Source: Prevotella sp. (lineage in GTDB: Bacteria; Bacteroidota; Bacteroidia; Bacteroidales; Dysgonomonadaceae). Taken from it: a stretch of DNA of 64,000 nt. The notes beneath the pieces are model-generated. The model ran no database searches. It had not been told where the DNA came from and saw only the letters and a program-made list of their open reading frames with translations. The stretch is taken from NCBI GenBank assembly GCA_031285625.1, contig JAITVV010000025.1:32005-96004 (forward strand), read 5' to 3'. This document shows positions 1-9,274 of the stretch, piece by piece (position 1 is the stretch's first letter; the number at the start of each line of letters is the position of its first letter). A program made the translations under genes and the position numbers.

Positions 1-916
1 GCAATTACTAACAACAGTTGATGAAGCTAAAAGTATTCTTGATACAGAGAATGATGCCGAACTAAGGGAGATTGCAAAAGAAGAGCTTGATCTGGCCGTT
101 AATCGTATTCCAGGTTTGGAAGAGGAGATTAAGTTATTATTGATCCCTTCCGATCCTGAAGATAGTAAAAATGCCATAGTTGAAATCAGAGGAGGTACAG
201 GCGGTGATGAAGCTGCTATTTTTGCTGGAGACCTTTATCGTATGTATCTGAAATACTGTGAGTTTAAAGGTTGGAAAACAGAGCTTACCAGTCTCACGGA
301 AGGTTCTTCCGGAGGATTTAAGGAAGTCATCTTTACAGTCACTGGCGAAGGTGTTTACGGCATATTGAAGTATGAATCCGGTGTACACCGTGTTCAGCGT
401 GTACCGGCAACAGAGACTCAGGGACGTGTACATACTTCGGCTGCAACTGTTGCCGTTCTCCCAGAAGCGGAAGAAGTAGATGTGGATATAAATCCTGCGG
501 ATATTGAGATGCAAACCGCCAGGTCGAGTGGAGCAGGAGGTCAGAATGTAAATAAGGTAGAAACAAAAGTGCAACTTACACATAAGCCATCAGGCCTGGT
601 GGTGGTCTGCCAACAGTCACGTTCACAGTTAGCTAATAGAGAATTGGCAATGCAGATGCTAAGATCTAAATTATATGATATCGAATTATCTAAATATCAA
701 AACGAAATAGCTTCGAAGCGTAAAACAATGGTTTCTACAGGCGACCGTTCGGCTAAGATCAGAACATATAACTATCCTCAAGGGCGGGTGACAGATCATC
801 GTATCAACCTGACTCTTTATAATTTGTCAGCTATTATGGATGGTGAAATACAGCCAATCTTAGATCAGTTAATAATTGCAGAAAATGCAGAAAGGCTGAA
901 AGAAAGCGAAATGTAA
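1..916 (+). CDS. prfA: Peptide chain release factor 1 (5' part lies outside the window)
   Basis: Frame is open from position 2 ([10 protein letters not shown]...). It contains [18 protein letters not shown] (RF1 PxT specificity motif), GAGGQNVNK and [14 protein letters not shown]. Confidence 0.97.
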   Translation, partial: QLLTTVDEAKSILDTENDAELREIAKEELDLAVNRIPGLEEEIKLLLIPSDPEDSKNAIVEIRGGTGGDEAAIFAGDLYRMYLKYCEFKGWKTELTSLTEGSSGGFKEVIFTVTGEGVYGILKYESGVHRVQRVPATETQGRVHTSAATVAVLPEAEEVDVDINPADIEMQTARSSGAGGQNVNKVETKVQLTHKPSGLVVVCQQSRSQLANRELAMQMLRSKLYDIELSKYQNEIASKRKTMVSTGDRSAKIRTYNYPQGRVTDHRINLTLYNLSAIMDGEIQPILDQLIIAENAERLKESEM

Positions 917-967
917 TACAAAGTAATGGGTTAGAAAGTCGTAAGCTAGCTTTAAACTTAAAAAAAT

Positions 968-1795
968 ATGACAAAGCAAGAATTATTTGAAAATATAAAA
1001 AGAAAGAAATCTTTTTTGTGTGTAGGATTGGATACCGATATAAATAAGATTCCATCTTTTTTGTTAGAGGAGGAAGATGACCCAATCTATGCCTTTAATA
1101 CAGCTATTGTTGATGCTACTGCGAAATATTGTGTAGCATATAAGCCTAATACTGCTTTTTACGAAAGTCAGGGAGTTGAAGGAGTTAAAGCTTTGGAAAA
1201 GACAATAGAATATATCCGTCTCAGATATCCTGATCAGTTTATTATATTAGATGCCAAACGCGGAGATATTGGCAATACATCTGAGATGTATGCTGTTTCT
1301 GCCTTTGAGCATATGAAGGCTAGTGCTGTAACTGTTGCCCCGTATATGGGTGAAGATAGTGTAAAACCTTTCCTTAAGTATCCTAAAAAATGGATTATTC
1401 TTTTGGCTCTTACCTCTAATAAAGGTTCCCTGGATTTTCAATTAGTGGAGGATAAAAATGGAGAGCGATTATTTGAAAAAGTACTGAAAAAATCACAGGA
1501 GTGGGCTACAGATGAACAAATGATGTATGTTGTAGGCGCTACCAGGGGAGAGATGTTCGCTGATATTCGTAAATATGCTCCCGATCATTTCTTGCTTGTT
1601 CCGGGTGTTGGTGCTCAGGGAGGTAGTTTAGAAGAAGTGGTCAAGTATGGAATGAACTCTGAGTGCGGCTTATTAGTGAACTCTTCACGTGGTATCATCT
1701 ATGCAGATAATACTGTTAATTTTGCTTTTGCTGCTACTACAGAGGCTAAAAAATTGCAACAGGAGATGGCTGGTTATCTGGAAAAAATAATGTAG
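968..1795 (+). CDS. pyrF: Orotidine-5'-phosphate decarboxylase
   Basis: [27 protein letters not shown] and [10 protein letters not shown] motifs; follows prfA as is usual in Bacteroidales. Confidence 0.96.
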   Translation: MTKQELFENIKRKKSFLCVGLDTDINKIPSFLLEEEDDPIYAFNTAIVDATAKYCVAYKPNTAFYESQGVEGVKALEKTIEYIRLRYPDQFIILDAKRGDIGNTSEMYAVSAFEHMKASAVTVAPYMGEDSVKPFLKYPKKWIILLALTSNKGSLDFQLVEDKNGERLFEKVLKKSQEWATDEQMMYVVGATRGEMFADIRKYAPDHFLLVPGVGAQGGSLEEVVKYGMNSECGLLVNSSRGIIYADNTVNFAFAATTEAKKLQQEMAGYLEKIM

Positions 1796-1920
1796 TTATT
1801 CTATTGCCATTTTTTGTGATGAATATAAGGTGAAATATTTCCTTATAAAAAGAGGAAAAATAAACTTTTTATTGTAAACTTGTGTTTAAACTAAATACGA
1901 ACTTCTTAAACAAAACAAAA

Positions 1921-2259
1921 ATGGGAAAATTTGAAATTACAAAAAGAAAAAACGGAGAATTTCAGTTTAATCTAAAAGCAGGCAACGGACAGGTAATCCT
2001 TGGCAGCGAGGGATATACAAAGAAAGAAAACTGTAAAAACGGTATTGAATCAGTAAAGAAAAACAGCCAGGTAGATGAGCGGTTTGAAAAATTAGAAGCT
2101 AAGAATGGGAAACCATATTTTAATCTAAAAGCTACTAACGGACAAATTATCGGAACAAGTGAAATGTATGAAAGTGTAGCTAGCAGAGACAATGGTATTG
2201 CTTCTGTGAAAAAGAATGCGCCTGATGCTGAGATTGTTGATTTGACAGCGGAGAAATAA
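1921..2259 (+). CDS. YegP/DUF1508 family protein (two tandem repeats)
   Basis: Duplicated FNLKAxNGQ(V/I)IxxSExY...NGIxSVKKN unit. ATG at 1921 is preferred over the upstream GTG. Confidence 0.9.
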   Translation: MGKFEITKRKNGEFQFNLKAGNGQVILGSEGYTKKENCKNGIESVKKNSQVDERFEKLEAKNGKPYFNLKATNGQIIGTSEMYESVASRDNGIASVKKNAPDAEIVDLTAEK

Positions 2260-2276
2260 ATTAAGATTAACAAATA

Positions 2277-2315
2277 AAAAAGACGGAGACTTATACTTTA
2301 AGCCTCCGTTTTTTT
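2277..2315 (+). terminator. Intrinsic terminator
   Basis: ACGGAG...CTCCGT stem followed by a T tract, with an A tract on the other side. Confidence 0.8.
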
Positions 2316-2348
2316 ATGTATTTTGCTACAAATTTTAATATGAATAAT

Positions 2349-2792
2349 ATGAAACTAACAGGCGTAAGATTATTAGTGAAAGATTTTGACGAAAGCTTTA
2401 AATTTTATTCGGAAAAATTAGGTTTAAGAGTAGTATGGGGCAAATTAGGTGGAGAATATGCCAGTTTTGATTTTGGATCAGGTAATGATGGATTCTCCAT
2501 TTTCCCTTCAGATCTGATGGCCCATGCAATAGATAATGTTGATTTGCCAATGCCTACAGGTTGTAGGGAGAAAATAGCTATAATTGTAAGTGTAGATAGT
2601 GTAGATAAAAGCTATGAAGAGTTATTGGCTAAAGGTGTGGAATTTGTAAATAAACCTACCGATATGACTGGTTGGGGAATGCGCACTGTTCACTTAAGGG
2701 ATAATGAGGGAAACCTGATTGAATTATACTCAGAATTACCTATGGATAAATGGGATAAAGACCTTCTCGATGAAATGAAAGAATATGAATAA
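2349..2792 (+). CDS. VOC/glyoxalase family protein
   Basis: VRLLVKDFDESFKFY, WGMRTVHLRDNEGNLIEL. Start may be 2340 or 2349; the 2316 ATG abuts the terminator. Confidence 0.85.
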   Translation: MKLTGVRLLVKDFDESFKFYSEKLGLRVVWGKLGGEYASFDFGSGNDGFSIFPSDLMAHAIDNVDLPMPTGCREKIAIIVSVDSVDKSYEELLAKGVEFVNKPTDMTGWGMRTVHLRDNEGNLIELYSELPMDKWDKDLLDEMKEYE

Positions 2793-2803
2793 ATCCGATA
2801 TAT

Positions 2804-3166
2804 ATGAAGCAGGAAATAGTTGAATGTGAGGAGAAACTATTACAGGCTTTTCGGGATTCCGATTTAGCTGTAATGGATCAACTTATTCACGATGATTTAA
2901 TATTTAATGGACCAACAGGTGAGTTGATAGATAAAGAAATGGATTTGTCAACTTATCGTTCAGGTAATATGATTGTGGACATAATGGAAGCTATTGACCG
3001 CGAGATACGTATCTTTGCCGATACGGCAACAGTATCCACAGTGATTTATCTGAAAGGTTCGTTTTTGAAAAATCCAATAGATGGAAAAGCCCGATTTTTT
3101 CGTACATGGAAGAATTTTTCCGGACAGTGGAAAGTTATCGGAGGTTCGAGTGTCCTTTTACAATAA
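2804..3166 (+). CDS. NTF2-like/DUF4440 family protein
   Basis: 120 aa; DLAVMDQLIHDD...GELIDK...RFFRTWK..GQWKVI pattern typical of SnoaL/NTF2 folds. Confidence 0.75.
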   Translation: MKQEIVECEEKLLQAFRDSDLAVMDQLIHDDLIFNGPTGELIDKEMDLSTYRSGNMIVDIMEAIDREIRIFADTATVSTVIYLKGSFLKNPIDGKARFFRTWKNFSGQWKVIGGSSVLLQ

Positions 3167-3181
3167 TTTATTTCATACATA

Positions 3182-3219
3182 AAATAACCATGTAGTAATC
3201 TTAGTCTACATGGTTATTT
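3182..3219. terminator. Bidirectional intrinsic terminator
   Basis: Perfect 14-bp inverted repeat AAATAACCATGTAG/CTACATGGTTATTT between convergent genes. Confidence 0.85.
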
Positions 3220-3246
3220 ATTGTGTTTAAATAGTATAGCCTTCTA

Positions 3247-4659
3247 TTACTCTTCTTCGCTGTAGGCTATTTCTCCATGTTGAGAAATATCTAGACCTAC
3301 GGCCTCATCTTCTCTGTTTACTCTCAGGCCAATCGTTTTGTTAACAATAAAGAATAGTATGAACGTCAAGACCGCACTATATACTATTGAAGCAGCTGTT
3401 GCTATCACTTGTATCCATAGTTGGTTCCAGTCTCCATATAATGCACCCTGTACACCATTGGCACCGGTAATGGCTTGCGTTGCAAACACACCTGTGAGTA
3501 TAGAACCGACAATTCCGCCGATACCATGTACTCCAAAAGCATCCAGGGAATCATCATATTTAAGTTTAGGTTTTACATAAGCTACCATAAAGAAGCATAT
3601 CAATGCTGAAATACCACCTATGGCGAGTGCTCCTAATACATCTGCAGTTCCGGCCGCAGGAGTAATGGCTACAAGTCCGGCAACTGCTCCGGTACAGAAC
3701 CCTACAATGGTAGGCCTTTTATACATGATCCATTCCATGGCCATCCATACAACGGCTGCTGCACAGGTAGCCAGATGAGTAACAAGAAATGCATTGGCAG
3801 CAAGTCCGTTAGCTGCAAGACCACTACCTGCATTGAATCCGAACCATCCCAGCCATAATAGTGCTGTTCCAATGAAAACAAATGGAATATTATGTGGTGT
3901 AAATGGATGTCCTATTGTTCTATATCCTTTACGGCGTCCTAGCATTATAGCCATTACAAGGGCTGATATACCTGCATTGATATGTACTACAGTTCCCCCG
4001 GCAAAGTCTATGGCACCCATTTCCATTAGCCAGCCTCCGCCCCACACCCAATGAGCCATAGGGTTGTAAACGACGATTGACCACAGAACGATAAAAACCA
4101 CATAACCCGAAAATTTGATTCTTTCAGCAAAAGCACCAATGATCAGCGCCGGAGTGATAACTGCAAACATACATTGAAATACTGCAAATAATATTTCAGG
4201 GATACCTACACCGTCCATATAGGTGTCGAGGGTTAAACTACTGAGAAATATTTTGTCAGAACCACCTATAATCGCGCCTATCGAACTATCCATATAGTTG
4301 GTTCCAAATACCCAACTGTATCCGAAGGCAACCCATATGATACTGATTACTCCCGTAATAAACAGACATTGCATAATGATACTTAAAATGTTTTTTTGCC
4401 GGACAAGACCTCCATAGAATAGAGCCAATCCGGGGACAGTCATTAGCATGACCAATATTGTTGCTACTATCATCCATGCTGTATTTCCCGAATTTAAAGT
4501 CGTAGCTTCTTCTATAATTGAAATCTTTTCTACCGGAACGACTGCTGTAGTTTTCAGTGTATCTGTAACTGATGTTAGTGAATCCTGTGCCCATGTAATT
4601 GTAGGTAAGGCCAGAACCAATAATAAGGCAGTGATATATTTGAATAATTTTTGTTTCAT
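3247..4659 (-). CDS. amtB: Ammonium transporter with signal peptide and N-terminal extension
   Basis: PGLALFYGG, FQCMFAVIT, DFAGGTVVH, WFGFNAGS and DDSLDAFGVHG motifs. Confidence 0.97.
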   Translation of the reverse strand: MKQKLFKYITALLLVLALPTITWAQDSLTSVTDTLKTTAVVPVEKISIIEEATTLNSGNTAWMIVATILVMLMTVPGLALFYGGLVRQKNILSIIMQCLFITGVISIIWVAFGYSWVFGTNYMDSSIGAIIGGSDKIFLSSLTLDTYMDGVGIPEILFAVFQCMFAVITPALIIGAFAERIKFSGYVVFIVLWSIVVYNPMAHWVWGGGWLMEMGAIDFAGGTVVHINAGISALVMAIMLGRRKGYRTIGHPFTPHNIPFVFIGTALLWLGWFGFNAGSGLAANGLAANAFLVTHLATCAAAVVWMAMEWIMYKRPTIVGFCTGAVAGLVAITPAAGTADVLGALAIGGISALICFFMVAYVKPKLKYDDSLDAFGVHGIGGIVGSILTGVFATQAITGANGVQGALYGDWNQLWIQVIATAASIVYSAVLTFILFFIVNKTIGLRVNREDEAVGLDISQHGEIAYSEEE

Positions 4660-4697
4660 ATTTTTACTTTTTTACCTAAACCTTTATAACCTGATCT

Positions 4698-5063
4698 TTA
4701 TTTACTCTCTTCTTCTTCGTCTTTATCATACAAAGCCTCATCTCCATGGTCTCCTGTGCGTATGCGGATCGACTGCTCGATTGCCGAAACAAAGATTCTG
4801 CCGTCCCCACTTTCTCCTGTGAAAGCTGATTCCAGAATGGCTTTTATCGATTTTTCAACATTTATATTTCTTACGACAAAAGCAATATAGATACGTTCAA
4901 TTGTATTTACATCATAAGATATACCTCTGAATATAAGCCCCTGCCGGGCTGTTCCCTGTCCGTTTACTTCCCACCAGGATAAGAAGTCGATATCGGCTTC
5001 GTGCAAGGCGCGGCGCACTTCATTGAATTTAGATTTGCGAACAATAGCTTCGATTTTTTTCAT
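4698..5063 (-). CDS. glnK: P-II family nitrogen regulator
   Basis: MKKIEAIVR, TGESGDGRIFV, IRIRTG; adjacent to amtB. Confidence 0.9.
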   Translation of the reverse strand: MKKIEAIVRKSKFNEVRRALHEADIDFLSWWEVNGQGTARQGLIFRGISYDVNTIERIYIAFVVRNINVEKSIKAILESAFTGESGDGRIFVSAIEQSIRIRTGDHGDEALYDKDEEEESK

Positions 5064-5086
5064 ACTAAAAAATTATTGAGTGAATT

Positions 5087-5821
5087 TTATTTAAATGATA
5101 TACCAAAGACGAAGTGAATATCTTCGAGATTAGGGTTGCATATTATGTTTCCAAATATTGGTAAGGAAAATGAGTCTGTAACTTTGATACTTTTGGATGC
5201 ATTGAGTGCAATAGATGTAAATTTGAATCCATCCGTACCATAAACAGCACTTTCCCATGGAGTGAATCCTGTAGATATGCCCATATCTACGCCGGAAACA
5301 GAGAAGGGATAGGCCAGTTCTATGAATGTAGAATAGGAATTCTTACCATTTTCTTTTTTGTTTCCTTTACCGAGTACGAACGTATTCCATGTTATGCTTA
5401 AAGGGAAAGTTTCGGGAAGGGTGTATCCTAATGTCGTTTCCAGATAATGTCCGTTATTTCCTTCAAGAGGATTGCTGAAATAACGTTCCTGGCCTTCTCC
5501 ATCCCACCAATAATCGGTCACAGCTAACTTAAATCCACTGTTATTATAAGCTGCTGTAAAATCAACCTCTTTCTTTCCTTCTTTACTGGTGAAGTCTGTA
5601 GAAGCCCATGCTCCTAAACTAAATCCACTTATGCTGGCGCTTAATGCCGGCTGAAAACTTGCTCCGGCATTTTTGTATCCACGCCATACATATGAACTAA
5701 CTAAATCGGCACCAAAATTGATATCAACAGATTGGGCATTTAAGAATGGTGCAAAAAGTAGACTTAAAAATGTGATAACCAGACAAACCTTTTTCCTTAA
5801 AGACGAAATTTTCATAATCAA
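5087..5821 (-). CDS. Outer-membrane beta-barrel, TorF-like putative porin
   Basis: Signal peptide, ADLVSSYVWRG motif, C-terminal FGISFK beta-strand; heads the glnK-amtB operon. Confidence 0.75.
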   Translation of the reverse strand: MIMKISSLRKKVCLVITFLSLLFAPFLNAQSVDINFGADLVSSYVWRGYKNAGASFQPALSASISGFSLGAWASTDFTSKEGKKEVDFTAAYNNSGFKLAVTDYWWDGEGQERYFSNPLEGNNGHYLETTLGYTLPETFPLSITWNTFVLGKGNKKENGKNSYSTFIELAYPFSVSGVDMGISTGFTPWESAVYGTDGFKFTSIALNASKSIKVTDSFSLPIFGNIICNPNLEDIHFVFGISFK

Positions 5822-5907
5822 AATATTTAAAGATGTTAAAATTATTCTTTAATTTTCTTTTTGACTAGAAAAATGGTATTGGAGTTTCTTTTTGATTTAT
5901 TTATGTA

Positions 5908-5915
5908 CAAAAGTA
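5908..5915 (-). promoter_or_regulatory. Bacteroidetes -7 promoter element (TACTTTTG) for porin-glnK-amtB
   Basis: CAAAAGTA on + strand matches TAnnTTTG on - strand, upstream of the operon. Confidence 0.55.
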
Positions 5916-6165
5916 TGTCAAATTATTTTATGTATCAAAATAAAATTAATAAAATTTTAGAGAAAATTTTATTAATTATTATAAATAGCTTAAAATGAGT
6001 GTTTTTAGAGGTTCTCAATTATTGACTCTGCCTTCTTACAATGTTTTGGAATGTAGATAAAGGAAAGAGTGACCGGAGAAAGAAAACTAATTTTGTAGAA
6101 AAGTCGGAAGTGTGTCGATACTAATAGTTCAAATCACTGAATAATAATGTCTTCTTAAAAATAGC

Positions 6166-6173
6166 TACCTTTG
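6166..6173 (+). promoter_or_regulatory. -7 promoter element (TACCTTTG), 4 nt before the start codon
   Basis: TAnnTTTG match immediately before ATG 6178. Confidence 0.6.
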
Positions 6174-6177
6174 TATT

Positions 6178-7860
6178 ATGAAAGTAATTTTGACAACTCT
6201 GAACGCTAAATATATACATACTTCACTGGCATTACGCTGGTTGTATGTTGCTAATAAAGATCAATTTGATATCTCATTTAAAGAATATGTAATAAAGGAA
6301 GATATACTTACTGTTGCAGACGAATTATTGCAATTAAAGCCCGATGTTATTGGTATCAGTGTATATATATGGAATGTAGAGAGATCAAAACGCTTGGTTG
6401 ATTTACTTCGAGAGAAAAGCCCGCAGACCACTATCATTTTGGGAGGCCCTGAAGTTACCTATGAGCCAGATTTCTTCCTTACAAACTGGAATGTAGATTA
6501 TGTGATCAGTGGAGAGGGGGAGTTTGTATTGGGAGAACTGCTATCCGCTTTAGAGAATAATAATAGATTGGACATCGATGGAGTTTCTACTAAAGATCAT
6601 ATTAGCAGGGTTGTAGTTAAAGCAGATTTGGAAAGACTTACAACTTTATCATCACCTTATCAATTGGATGAAGATAGAGAGCATATGAAGAATAGACTTA
6701 TCTATTTTGAAACATCAAGAGGATGCCCCTATCAGTGTCAGTATTGTCTCTCTTCGCTCGAAAAAGGAGTGCGTTACTTTCCTCAGCAATATATTTTTGA
6801 TAACCTGTTATACTTTACACAAAGTAGCGCTAAACAGATAAAGTTTCTTGATCGCACTTTTAATCTGAACAGAGCGCATACTAAATCTGTATTTGATTTC
6901 CTGATTGACAACTATCGTCCAGGTCTTAGCTGTCAATTTGAAATATATGCAGACTTACTGACAGATGATTCGATTAACTATTTGAACGAGCGGTTACCCA
7001 AAAACTACTTCCGGTTTGAAATTGGCATCCAGTCTACTTATGAACCAACGAATATTGCTGTAAACCGCAAGCAGGATTTTGAGCTCTTGTCAGGTAATAT
7101 TCAAAAACTGATGGATGGAGGTAAGATAGACTTGCATCTCGATCTGATTGCAGGTTTACCTTACGAAACTCTTGACAGGTTCAGAAAATCTTTCAACGAT
7201 GTATTTAAGCTGAAAGCGAAGGAACTCCAGCTTGGCTTCCTAAAGATGCTAAGAGGAACTGCATTAAGGCGTAATGCAGGAAAATTCGGATATCGGTATA
7301 ATCAGCAAGCTCCTTACGAGATAGAGTCTAATAATGATATATCGTCCGGAGAATTGGAACAGATACATGATGCGGAACATGCCTTGGAGAAATATTGGAA
7401 TAGCGGCAAGTTTAAACGAACAATGAATATACTTGTTGAAACTTACTATAAAGATAAATACTTTGAACTATTTGATGAAATAGGGCAGTATTATAATCAA
7501 CAAAATTATCCCCATCATGGCTACAGACTAGAAGATATTTTTATGTATCTGAATAATTTCTTAGTATCTAAAGATATCGACCTATTCGATGAATTAAGAA
7601 CAGACTATTATCTCAATTTCAAAATACGTCCTCACGGTTTTTGGGATAACAAGATAGAAAAGAAAGAGAGAAAGCAATTGTTGTATCAGATAGGTAATGA
7701 TAAACCTTTTCTTAAGAAATATGGACTAAATAGGAGGATTATAGAAAAGCAGGCTGCTATTGATCCTGTTTCAGATAATGAGTATCTATTGACTATTTTT
7801 CTACAGGATGACAATACTGTCGATCATTTGTTTATACCTTATATTTTCACTGAAAAATAA
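6178..7860 (+). CDS. B12-binding radical SAM protein (DUF4080-type C-terminus)
   Basis: N-terminal cobalamin-binding domain (SVYIWN, LGGPEV, GEGE) and CxxxCxxC in ETSRGCPYQCQYC. Confidence 0.9.
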   Translation: MKVILTTLNAKYIHTSLALRWLYVANKDQFDISFKEYVIKEDILTVADELLQLKPDVIGISVYIWNVERSKRLVDLLREKSPQTTIILGGPEVTYEPDFFLTNWNVDYVISGEGEFVLGELLSALENNNRLDIDGVSTKDHISRVVVKADLERLTTLSSPYQLDEDREHMKNRLIYFETSRGCPYQCQYCLSSLEKGVRYFPQQYIFDNLLYFTQSSAKQIKFLDRTFNLNRAHTKSVFDFLIDNYRPGLSCQFEIYADLLTDDSINYLNERLPKNYFRFEIGIQSTYEPTNIAVNRKQDFELLSGNIQKLMDGGKIDLHLDLIAGLPYETLDRFRKSFNDVFKLKAKELQLGFLKMLRGTALRRNAGKFGYRYNQQAPYEIESNNDISSGELEQIHDAEHALEKYWNSGKFKRTMNILVETYYKDKYFELFDEIGQYYNQQNYPHHGYRLEDIFMYLNNFLVSKDIDLFDELRTDYYLNFKIRPHGFWDNKIEKKERKQLLYQIGNDKPFLKKYGLNRRIIEKQAAIDPVSDNEYLLTIFLQDDNTVDHLFIPYIFTEK

Positions 7861-7867
7861 TATTAGG

Positions 7868-8551
7868 TTATTCTTTTTCATATTTTGTTACTCTCAATTT
7901 CAGTGGTTCCCGGAAATCATCTAAAATTTCGATTTTAAAACCGTTCCACTCTTTTGTGCCATTGTTTTCTATAATTCCTCTGTTGTTAACATATTCAAAT
8001 TCAATGGTTCCTTTGTCTTTTCCATCGGATACCCTAAACATGTGCCTTATGTCATAGCCTGTGTAGTTATGGTCAGGACTAATTAAATTTTCACTACTGC
8101 CGAATTCATAAGTAATCACAAAATCTTCGATAATAATGCTGTCTTCAATCTTTAGGTCAGTGACAAATTCGTCTCCGTATTTTAATGTGTTGATGAGTAA
8201 ATCTACTCCGTTGTCACGGATATCAAGGTCGAAGAGATATTTTCCGATCGCTTTTGGATAATTGTTACGGAGCTGGTCGTCGTTCTCTTCATAATAGCCG
8301 AGGAATGTTGTATACTCTTTTGCCTGATCTATAACTTTCATCTCCAACTGTAAAGAAAGATTCCGTCCATCCCAAGGTTCGGAGCGGATAAACAGATTGA
8401 CCGGATCTATTGTTATGTCATCAATCCTGACGGATGGATTGTTGTTATATCCTTGTTGTAACGGTATTCTCATATTAGTTTGTGCAGTAATACCCCCTTG
8501 CGATATAGTAGACATAAATAATAGGGATGTGATATAAATTATGATTTTCAT
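7868..8551 (-). CDS. Hypothetical secreted protein
   Basis: 227-aa ORF with N-terminal signal-like segment; no recognised motif. Confidence 0.65.
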   Translation of the reverse strand: MKIIIYITSLLFMSTISQGGITAQTNMRIPLQQGYNNNPSVRIDDITIDPVNLFIRSEPWDGRNLSLQLEMKVIDQAKEYTTFLGYYEENDDQLRNNYPKAIGKYLFDLDIRDNGVDLLINTLKYGDEFVTDLKIEDSIIIEDFVITYEFGSSENLISPDHNYTGYDIRHMFRVSDGKDKGTIEFEYVNNRGIIENNGTKEWNGFKIEILDDFREPLKLRVTKYEKE

Positions 8552-8569
8552 TATTCTGAATATATGTTG

Positions 8570-9274
8570 TTACTTATACAGTAAAAATATACAAAGTTGT
8601 TTCCCCATATCAGGAAGTTGTTTAGCCCATTGTTTGACCGAAAGTGTTTTGATATATTCATCCTCACATGTTATATTCATGGCAATACATAGTTTTGTGG
8701 AGGGAGCACAATGTTTAATAATGTCTTCTACCAGTTTCTGGTTTCGATAAGGAGTTTCTATAAATATCTGAGTCTGATGCTCGTGATGAATCAGGTTCTC
8801 CAGTTGTTTGATTTTCTTTATCCTATCAGAACCATCAACAGGCAGATATCCCTGAAATGCAAAGCTTTGCCCGTTAAAACCGGATGCCATCAAAGAAAGT
8901 AGGATAGACGAAGGTCCTACTAGGGGGACTACTTTATAGTTCTTGCGTTGAGCTATTGCTACAATGTCACTTCCCGGATCAGCTATGGCAGGACAGCCGG
9001 CTTCGGAGATGATGCCTATATGAAAACCGTTCGTCATCGGCTGAAGGTAATTTTCAATCTGCTCGGGTTTTGTATGCTTATTCAGTTCATAGAATGTCAG
9101 TTCATCTATATTAATGTTACTATCTACTTTTTTCAAAAACCGGCGTGCAGAACGGATATTTTCAACAATAAAGTATTTTATCTGTAGGATTATTTCTTTA
9201 TTGTAAATTGGCAATACTTGCTCAATGGAAGTTTCACCTAGTGTAACGGGAATAAGATATAGAGAGGCTTGCAT
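8570..9274 (-). CDS. SAM-dependent tetrapyrrole-methylase family (RsmI-like) methyltransferase
   Basis: LYLIPVTLG, SEAGCPAIADPG, VPLVGPSSI, FIETPYRN. Confidence 0.88.
   Translation of the reverse strand: MQASLYLIPVTLGETSIEQVLPIYNKEIILQIKYFIVENIRSARRFLKKVDSNINIDELTFYELNKHTKPEQIENYLQPMTNGFHIGIISEAGCPAIADPGSDIVAIAQRKNYKVVPLVGPSSILLSLMASGFNGQSFAFQGYLPVDGSDRIKKIKQLENLIHHEHQTQIFIETPYRNQKLVEDIIKHCAPSTKLCIAMNITCEDEYIKTLSVKQWAKQLPDMGKQLCIFLLYK

Noticed and set aside
1-916. Possible programmed frameshift in the release factor (ORF track starts at TTG 116)
   Set aside because: The frame is open from the window start and the protein is RF1 (PAT motif), not RF2.
1921-2259. Internal duplication in the YegP gene
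   Set aside because: Normal two-repeat architecture of DUF1508 proteins.
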